This document shows, one piece after another, positions 57,987 to 64,000 of a stretch of 64,000 bases of DNA. The translations under genes were made by a program, and so were the position numbers. The notes below the pieces were generated by a model. The model was not told where the DNA came from and ran no database searches. It saw nothing but the letters and a program-made list of their open reading frames with translations. Each line of letters begins with the position of its first letter. Position 1 is the first letter of the stretch. This stretch comes from an uncultured Alphaproteobacteria bacterium (GTDB lineage: Bacteria; Pseudomonadota; Alphaproteobacteria; RF32; CAG-239), in assembly GCA_934276635.1 (NCBI GenBank), contig CAKQTH010000002.1:11822-75821 (forward strand), given 5' to 3'.

Positions 57987-59692
57987 TAATCAACTCCGTT
58001 TTTATACATAATCGCCTTTTGCTGGATAATCCCGAGCAGATTGCTCAGCGTCCAATAAATCACCAATCCGGACGCAAAATGCCCGAGCATAAAGGTAAAG
58101 ATTATCGGCATCAAAACAAACATTCTGGCCTGATCTTTGTTTGTCGGAGCAGGATTCAGCTTTTGTTGAATAAACATCGTGATACCCATAAAAATCGGCC
58201 ATAATCCGATGTTGAAAAACGACGGAATATAAATATGCAACAACTCTGAAAGAACCAACGGATCCGGCGCGGACAAGTCTTTTATCCAGCCGATAAACGG
58301 AGCGTGGCGGATTTCAATCGAAATATTGAGCACCTTATACAGCGAAAAGAACACCGGAATTTGAATAAACATCGGCAGACAGCCGGAAGCCGGATTAATC
58401 TTTTCTTTTTTATAAAGAGCCATTGTTTCCTGTTGCAGGCGGATTTTGTCGTCTTTGTATCTTTCTTGCAGAGCCTGAATTTTCGGCTGAAACTTGCGCA
58501 TTTTCGACATACTTTCAAACGACTTGTTCGCCACCGGAAACATACACAACCTGAGCAACGCCGCAAACAGCAAAATCGCCCAACCCATATTGCCGATAAG
58601 GTGATACAAAAAGTCAAGAATATAGAAAAACGGCTTGGTCAGAAAATAATACCAACCGAAATCAACCGCCAGATCAAACTTTTCAATGCCGTTGTCTTCA
58701 ACATATTTATCCAAAAGTTTGATTTCTTTGGCTCCGGCAAACAGCGAAAATGTGTTCATTGCCGACGAACCGGCCGCAATTTTTTGCCCGTTTCCGCGAT
58801 AATCGGCCTGATATACATTTTCCGAAACTCTGCGGAAAGATGCGGTACTCTTCAAATTTCTGTCCGCAATCAGCGCGCTGAACCAATAGTGGTCGCTAAA
58901 GCCTGCCCAGCTTCTTTTCCCTTCATAAACCTTGCTTTTGTCGCCTTCTTTTAAGTCGGCATATTTAATTTCTTCAAGCTTGTCTTCAAAAACGCCGATC
59001 ATACCTTCATGCACAACTCTGGCTGTTGAAACAATGTCTTTGTTGTTTTTTGTAATCAGCGCGTACGGATAAAGCTCAATCTCCCGTTCCGTATTATTTT
59101 CAACCATTTGCTCAATGCGGAACATATAATTTTCATCTAAATAAACCTTGTTGACAAACCGCAGTCCTTGTTCGTTATTCCACTCAAAAGCAATCGGCGT
59201 TTGCGGAGTCAGTTTGTCGCCTTTTGCCGTCCATACGGAATTTTCATCAGGAGTTTTGATGTTTTTGTCGGCAGAAAGCCAGCCGAATTGCGCATAGTAC
59301 GGATTTTTTGTTCCGGACGGCGCAAACAGCTCGACCAACGGACTGTTTTCTTCAATTGTCTGCTTATATTTTGCCAGATACAAATTGTCAAAACGCATAC
59401 CTTTAAGACGAACGGAACCGGTCAAATCGGCATTTTCTATTGCGATACGGCTGTCATTAATCAAAATTTCATCAGTATTTTTCGGCTCAACGGAAGCAAC
59501 CTGTGCTGTTTTTTTGTCTTCAGCAGATGTTGCTTCCTGCATTGCCTCATTATTTTCCCCATTCGGCGCCTCTACTGTCGGAACCGTCGATGATTGCTCC
59601 GGCAGGCTGTTGCCGAAATATCTTCCGGCAAAAAAGATTACCATCGCGGACAAAAAAACCGCAATATACAAATTTTTCAATTCACTTTTCAT
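57986..59692 (-). CDS. yidC: membrane protein insertase YidC
   Basis: 568 aa with a large periplasmic domain and the conserved C-terminal five-TM core (PLQQKMNPAPTNKDQARMF-type motif). Confidence 0.9.
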   Translation of the reverse strand: MKSELKNLYIAVFLSAMVIFFAGRYFGNSLPEQSSTVPTVEAPNGENNEAMQEATSAEDKKTAQVASVEPKNTDEILINDSRIAIENADLTGSVRLKGMRFDNLYLAKYKQTIEENSPLVELFAPSGTKNPYYAQFGWLSADKNIKTPDENSVWTAKGDKLTPQTPIAFEWNNEQGLRFVNKVYLDENYMFRIEQMVENNTEREIELYPYALITKNNKDIVSTARVVHEGMIGVFEDKLEEIKYADLKEGDKSKVYEGKRSWAGFSDHYWFSALIADRNLKSTASFRRVSENVYQADYRGNGQKIAAGSSAMNTFSLFAGAKEIKLLDKYVEDNGIEKFDLAVDFGWYYFLTKPFFYILDFLYHLIGNMGWAILLFAALLRLCMFPVANKSFESMSKMRKFQPKIQALQERYKDDKIRLQQETMALYKKEKINPASGCLPMFIQIPVFFSLYKVLNISIEIRHAPFIGWIKDLSAPDPLVLSELLHIYIPSFFNIGLWPIFMGITMFIQQKLNPAPTNKDQARMFVLMPIIFTFMLGHFASGLVIYWTLSNLLGIIQQKAIMYKNGVD

Positions 59693-59746
59693 TTTTCAAA
59701 CTCCGTTTTTTCTTTTTTAATCGAAAAAATAAACTTGTGCAAGCAT

Positions 59747-59995
59747 TTATGCAGATTTTTTCCGTTCTGTTTTCGGTGGTACCGGATCATATCCGGAGCC
59801 TCCCCACGGGTGGCACCGTAAAAGTCTTTTTGTCCCGAGATATATTCCCTTAAAAATTCCGTGAATTTCAATCGCCTCAAGCATATATTGCGAACAAGTC
59901 GGGCGATATCGGCAGACTCCGCCAAACATCGGCGATATAAACTTTTGATATCCTCTGATAAGGATAAAAAGAAAGGTTTTACAAGGGTTTTGCAT
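59747..59995 (-). CDS. yidD: membrane protein insertion efficiency factor YidD
   Basis: [26 protein letters not shown] motif. The start was set at the internal ATG (MQNPCK...), which overlaps the 3' end of rnpA by 17 nt. Confidence 0.75.
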   Translation of the reverse strand: MQNPCKTFLFILIRGYQKFISPMFGGVCRYRPTCSQYMLEAIEIHGIFKGIYLGTKRLLRCHPWGGSGYDPVPPKTERKKSA

Positions 59996-60344
59996 TATTT
60001 TGAAACTCTTTTTTCGCAGCCTTGAGCCCGCGGATAAGATTTTGTTTAAGCGTGTCAAACGGGCAATACGATGTGTTATATCTTCCGACCAAAACATATT
60101 CAAAATTGTCCATTGCGTATTTTGAAAAAACTTCTGCCACGGCGGCGCGCATTCTGCGGCGGGCTTTGTTTCTGATATGAGCCTTGCCGATTTTTTTGCT
60201 TGTGGTATAGCCGACTTTCGGAGCAGAATTTTCCGCGCATAAACTTTGAGCCGCCTGCAGGATAACGGTAGGCATTACCGCTGTAAATCCTTTGGCGACT
60301 CTAACAAAATCTTTTCTTTTTTTAAGAATCTCGATTTTAGTCAT
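59979..60344 (-). CDS. rnpA: ribonuclease P protein component
   Basis: 121 aa basic protein ([17 protein letters not shown]), between rpmH and yidD. Confidence 0.85.
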   Translation of the reverse strand: MTKIEILKKRKDFVRVAKGFTAVMPTVILQAAQSLCAENSAPKVGYTTSKKIGKAHIRNKARRRMRAAVAEVFSKYAMDNFEYVLVGRYNTSYCPFDTLKQNLIRGLKAAKKEFQNNAKPL

Positions 60345-60357
60345 GAAATTTCAGCAA

Positions 60358-60492
60358 TTATGCAGAAATGTTTTTACGACCTCTGGCACGACGAGCAGAC
60401 AAAACTTTGCGTCCGCCTGCGGTAGCCATACGAGCGCGGAATCCGTGACGACGAGCTCTTACCAGTTTAGAAGGTTGATATGTGCGTTTCAT
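60358..60492 (-). CDS. rpmH: 50S ribosomal protein L34
   Basis: Hand-translated from the minus strand: [44 protein letters not shown]. It is absent from the ORF track because it is under 60 aa. Confidence 0.9.
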   Translation of the reverse strand: MKRTYQPSKLVRARRHGFRARMATAGGRKVLSARRARGRKNISA

Positions 60493-60648
60493 TTGTTTTC
60501 TCCGGTTAATTATTATTATTTAAAACCCCGAATATCACACAGGGTTCTCGGTTATTACACTGAGCTTATATAAGTTTTTTTTCGCTTCGTCAACTGTTTT
60601 TTACGAAAAAAAGCTCCCTGATTTTTCAGGGAGCAGAAACTTGCGGTT

Positions 60649-61380
60649 TTATTTGCGGTCGCCGAACAGGCGCAGCAAATATAAGAACAGGTTTACAAAA
60701 TCAAGATACAATTCCAGAGCGCCTGAAATTGCGGCTTTGTGAGCGAGTTCTTCATCGCCGGCAACATACATCTGGCGAATTTTTTGCGTATCATAAGCGG
60801 TCAGTCCGACAAAAATCGCAACACCGATAACCGAAATTGCAAAGTACACTGCCGAGCCGCCCCAAAAGATGTTTACGATGCTGGCAATAATCAGTCCCCA
60901 CAAGCCCATATAAAGAAATGTGCCCATTCCGGTCAAATCGCGTTTGGTTGTATATCCGTATATGCTGAGCGAGCCGAACATTGCGGCAGAAATCAAGAAC
61001 ACGCGGGTGATGCTTGCGCCGGTGTACAAAAGCATAGCCGGAGCGATAGATGCGCCCATCAAAACCGAAAACAGCCAGAAGCATGTCTGGACGGCAAAAA
61101 TCGAGCCGCTGCGCAGATATCTTCCGAAAACAAAGACCATAACCAGCGGAGAAAGCAGCACAATCCAGCCCAAAGGCGAAAGCGATGCGCCATATTCTGA
61201 AATATTAAAAAACGCTGCGATTAAGCCGGTTGAAATCAAAGTATAAACCGTAAGAGCAGAAGCAATCAATCCGCCGGCCATATAGTTATAAACTTTGAGC
61301 ATATATTTGCGCAATCCCTCATCAATCACGGGTTTTGCATCAGCAGTAACAATTTGTTCTTTTAACATTTTATTCTCCAT
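60649..61380 (-). CDS. Bax inhibitor-1/YccA family membrane protein
   Basis: Seven TMs and a typical BI-1 sequence (KYMLKVYNYMAGGLIASAL...). The ORF-track start at 61428 is a TTG; the ATG at 61380 (MENKM) or 61368 is more likely the real start. Confidence 0.7.
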   Translation of the reverse strand: MENKMLKEQIVTADAKPVIDEGLRKYMLKVYNYMAGGLIASALTVYTLISTGLIAAFFNISEYGASLSPLGWIVLLSPLVMVFVFGRYLRSGSIFAVQTCFWLFSVLMGASIAPAMLLYTGASITRVFLISAAMFGSLSIYGYTTKRDLTGMGTFLYMGLWGLIIASIVNIFWGGSAVYFAISVIGVAIFVGLTAYDTQKIRQMYVAGDEELAHKAAISGALELYLDFVNLFLYLLRLFGDRK

Positions 61381-61733
61381 AAAAATAGTACCTGTAAAAA
61401 ATATAGGGTATTTTTTTTGCGAAATCAAGTCGTATTTAGGATTTGCATAAGATTTTGCGCAGTGCGGACGCTTGCAAACAAAAATCGACCGGAGGGGAAG
61501 ACGCAGGAATTGTAATTATATGTGTATTAGGAGAACGTAATTATTTTTCCCTGCGCCCGCCTCTCCGGCCGACTATGTTTTTTTAATGTTTTATTTTAGC
61601 GTTTTTCCTTTCTTTTTTGTCTTTTCAAACAATAGGATTTTCACCCTCATACCTTTCGGAAGTTCCACCCGGCAGTCGGATATCTCACCCCTCCCCGCCG
61701 GGCGGAACTTCTTTTCTAAGCATCATATTTTAT

Positions 61734-63794
61734 TTAAAATGATTGTCCAAATGTTTTCTTCCCTTTACGATATCTTTGCAGGCCATTCTTCATAAAGTAT
61801 ATCGACCTGATTTTGCATGTTGTTCCGCTGCTATTTTCGTTTACATCAGAAACTTGCCATTTTCCGTTATAGTAATACAGTTTATATCTTGTGTATTCAT
61901 CACCTTTGTTTGTTCCAACGCCCCAATAACAGTTAGTCGTCGTAAACTGGTCTCCTCCGGCTTTCTTCAGTGCTTCATTAATTGACGTAATATTTTCCGC
62001 AATTTTTTCCAGCATCTCTTTGGTCGGCAGAGCATGTAATGCAGTCGCGTTACAATCAGCTATCCTTTGGACAATTGAACATGCCGAATTGTTAATCTTT
62101 GCCTTATAACAGTTCCTATCATAATCTGTTTCTCCGGCACCATTTATATAATTTCCCTTGTTGCCGTTGCATTCCGGATCGTCTTTCAGCGACACCGCGT
62201 GGTCATAATAGCCGAAGCTTCCGCCATTTGTATAAGGACCGTTCAGCTTGACCCCGGCCATATTACCTCCCAAATCAACCTTGGATTGATTTGACGGCCA
62301 ATAGAAAATGAGGCCATTGTCATCAGTATGCGGGGAGTTCGTGCTGGTTCCATACATATAGTACCAAGTAGAAGATGAACCTTTACCCTTTTTTATACAC
62401 CTTACATATCCATAATCACCAGCTGTCTCAATATACCATAGGCCTCTGCTTGTGGTAATCTCCTTTACTCCTCCAATATTTGCTTCATGATAACTGCTAT
62501 TTATTTCTTTGCACTTTTTCGGACGATAGCAAACTGCTCCGTTTTTGTTTTCATCAACACAAATTGCGGCTTTGTGGTTGGGATTTCCGTCATATGAAGA
62601 ATTCTTACAATCGCCTTCCGCCACATAATATTCAGTCGGACAAGTTGCTTTCTCTTTATAACAAGTTTTTGAGGTATCGTTGGTGGCGGTTGTTGTGTCA
62701 CAGGTTTTTCCGCTCGGGCACGAACCAAGTATATATCCGGTCGGACATACCGCTTTTTCCTTCTTATAACAGGTTAATGTTCCCGTATCTTCCGTAACTT
62801 TTACACATACATTTTCCGCATCTCCGCAACTGCTGCTGAAAGTATAATTTGCATTATATCCGCTACATGTCTTAGAACATTTTACACTATATGTTGTATT
62901 TGTATCCGTTTCACAAAGCTTCGGCCTGCCTTTTATATTAAAACATGTATCTTTCGTCCAGCCGTTCAGACATTTATAATCATCATACAAATCTCCGCAC
63001 TGGTTGCCGTCAACCGCAAAATTTCCGGTAAGATTATTCGAAGCATATTTATATCTGGCCGGGCATTTACATGTTCTGCAGGTTAGCTCTTTTTGCTGTG
63101 AATGCGTATATGCTTTATCTTCAAGCAATGGTGCTTTACATTCACCTGCCTGATAACTGTTGCCGGTGTCACAGGTTACTGTTGTATACAGTGTTTCTCC
63201 CGCATTATCGCCGTATTTATATGTGCATGCTCCGGTATAAGTAAATCCCGGTGTTTCCTTTTTGTATTTATATGTGCTGTCGCAATCACAATCTTTATAC
63301 AAAACCTTATTTGCATTATTTGCATTTGCCCCATACAGCATCGTGCAGATTCCGCCGTCTGCAACCGGAGTTTGGCCAGCACTGCATACACTTGAATTTG
63401 TCTCTCCGTCTTCTCGTGTTATTTTGGATAAAGTATATTTATAATCACTTTTGCAAGTTGCGCGGTAGAGCTTTTTGCCGTCTATTTTTGTGCATTCTTC
63501 AATATCATACGCTGCCTCGTTTGTCGGTCTTTCTGTCAGCATATAATAGTTCGGATTACAGGTACATTTTACAAATTTCTCACCTTTTGAGACGCAGGTA
63601 TCGTATACGATTTCTTTAACTCCATCGCACGATTTTTCTTTGTATCCCAAACTATTGCAATCTTTTGTTTCGATGCTCGGTTTGTCGCACCCGCCGACGA
63701 TAAAACATACATCAGCGTTACTCGGCTCTACCCCCCCCCACCATGAGGCTACGAAAAGGGTTAGAAACCACACCGTCAGATTTGATTTTCTCAT
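61734..63794 (-). CDS. large secreted Cys/Tyr-rich protein (686 aa) with an in-frame G9 tract in its signal peptide; the C-terminal region resembles DUF1566 (Lcl C-terminal-like)
   Basis: Signal peptide MRKSNLTVWFLTLFVASWWGGVEPSNA|D with an AAAGGGAG ribosome-binding site. At least 50 Cys, many in CxC, CDCD or CKC motifs. The C-terminal LHALPTKEML...YWGVG...YYNGKWQV...CKIRSI is reminiscent of DUF1566. Confidence 0.65.
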   Translation of the reverse strand: MRKSNLTVWFLTLFVASWWGGVEPSNADVCFIVGGCDKPSIETKDCNSLGYKEKSCDGVKEIVYDTCVSKGEKFVKCTCNPNYYMLTERPTNEAAYDIEECTKIDGKKLYRATCKSDYKYTLSKITREDGETNSSVCSAGQTPVADGGICTMLYGANANNANKVLYKDCDCDSTYKYKKETPGFTYTGACTYKYGDNAGETLYTTVTCDTGNSYQAGECKAPLLEDKAYTHSQQKELTCRTCKCPARYKYASNNLTGNFAVDGNQCGDLYDDYKCLNGWTKDTCFNIKGRPKLCETDTNTTYSVKCSKTCSGYNANYTFSSSCGDAENVCVKVTEDTGTLTCYKKEKAVCPTGYILGSCPSGKTCDTTTATNDTSKTCYKEKATCPTEYYVAEGDCKNSSYDGNPNHKAAICVDENKNGAVCYRPKKCKEINSSYHEANIGGVKEITTSRGLWYIETAGDYGYVRCIKKGKGSSSTWYYMYGTSTNSPHTDDNGLIFYWPSNQSKVDLGGNMAGVKLNGPYTNGGSFGYYDHAVSLKDDPECNGNKGNYINGAGETDYDRNCYKAKINNSACSIVQRIADCNATALHALPTKEMLEKIAENITSINEALKKAGGDQFTTTNCYWGVGTNKGDEYTRYKLYYYNGKWQVSDVNENSSGTTCKIRSIYFMKNGLQRYRKGKKTFGQSF
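63731..63739 (-). repeat. G9 homopolymer (C9 on the plus strand) inside codons 18-21 of the Cys-rich protein's signal peptide, followed by TAGA
   Basis: The coding strand reads TGG TGG GGG GGG GTA GAG (W W G G V E). Confidence 0.9.
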
Positions 63795-63850
63795 ATCTAC
63801 GCTCCCTTTCTACGCATATAAATTATCAACCTCTCTTCTAAAAGGCTGTA

Positions 63851-64000
63851 TTCAGTTTACCTGATTTATTTTATTGTTTCAACTCTTTTTTCTTTTTGTT
63901 TTTGCGCTTTAATTTTCTTTATATATTGTTGCACATTTTTGTTGTGTTCATCAAGAGTTTTTGCAAAATTATGCCCGCCGCTGCCGGTCGCCACAAAATA
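63851..64000 (-). CDS. possible 3' end of a CDS running off the window edge (low confidence)
   Basis: The minus-strand frame is open from 64000 to a TGA at 63851-63853 and encodes ...YFVATGSGGHNFAKTLDEHNKNVQQYIKKIKAQKQKEKRVETIKINQVN. It is short, AT-rich and could equally be non-coding. Confidence 0.15.

Noticed and set aside
59747-60103. Long form of yidD (118 aa) starting at 60103
   Set aside because: The N-terminal 36 residues overlap rnpA out of frame and are not YidD-like. The conserved YidD core begins at the internal ATG at 59995.
63640-63864. 74-aa plus-strand ORF overlapping the start of the Cys-rich gene
   Set aside because: It overlaps the well-supported signal peptide and ribosome-binding site of 61734-63794 on the other strand. 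No support.
1-64000. Search for tRNA, rRNA, CRISPR repeats, IS elements and integrases
   Set aside because: I found no tRNA-like TΨC arms (GGTTCGAATCC-type), no rRNA-like segments, no regularly spaced direct repeats and no transposase- or integrase-like ORFs. The accessory regions do not appear to be classical mobile elements.

Overview
This 64 kb window is a moderately AT-rich chromosomal segment that looks alphaproteobacterial. The gene content and synteny that suggest this are a ZauP/DUF4164–ZapA–6S RNA arrangement, a DUF1013-like protein, rpmH-rnpA-yidD-yidC-engB, tpiA-secG, uvrC-pgsA and an OmpR/EnvZ-type two-component pair. Most of the window is housekeeping: rpsU, rpmB, rpmE, rpmH, rpoD, dnaG, ppiD, tpiA, secG, queH, uvrB, uvrC, rlmH, efp, suhB, zapA, yidC, engB, rnpA, udg, pfk, adhE, pgpA, pgsA, tolQ/tolR/tolA-like, an ABC-F ATPase and an MsbA-like ABC exporter. 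I found no rRNA, tRNA, CRISPR array, transposase or integrase.

Four surface-associated accessory islands break up this backbone:
1. 1-4953 carries a partial acidic Trp-repeat protein, a lipoprotein with secretin-like N and C domains, a bitopic membrane protein and a convergent large TPR protein. Together these look like a fragment of a pilus or secretion apparatus.
2. 18459-21974 carries a Pmp-repeat autotransporter. Its promoter has a G9 homopolymer sitting in a 19-nt spacer between a perfect TTGACA and TAGAAT.
3. 25342-31745 carries an lipoprotein, a membrane-anchored GH24 lysozyme and a holin-like mini-protein. These converge on an operon encoding a 1135-aa protein with a canonical type IV prepilin (class III) N-terminus (G|SLMIE) and a 289-aa membrane-anchored partner. 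This is the best candidate for a previously undescribed system in the window: a giant modular pilin-like adhesin with a dedicated muralytic enzyme.
4. 61734-63794 encodes a 686-aa Cys/Tyr-rich secreted protein.

Three 9-nt G homopolymers, each followed immediately by TAGA, sit at surface-protein loci: the autotransporter promoter spacer, upstream of a fragmented lipoprotein-like ORF, and in-frame inside the signal peptide of the Cys-rich protein. I read this as a slipped-strand phase-variation set that shares a flanking motif.

The ORF track missed or misframed several things: a 6S RNA downstream of zapA, rpmH (44 aa), the true frame of the first ORF, and the start codons of tpiA, secG, uvrB, adhE, rpmE and yidD.
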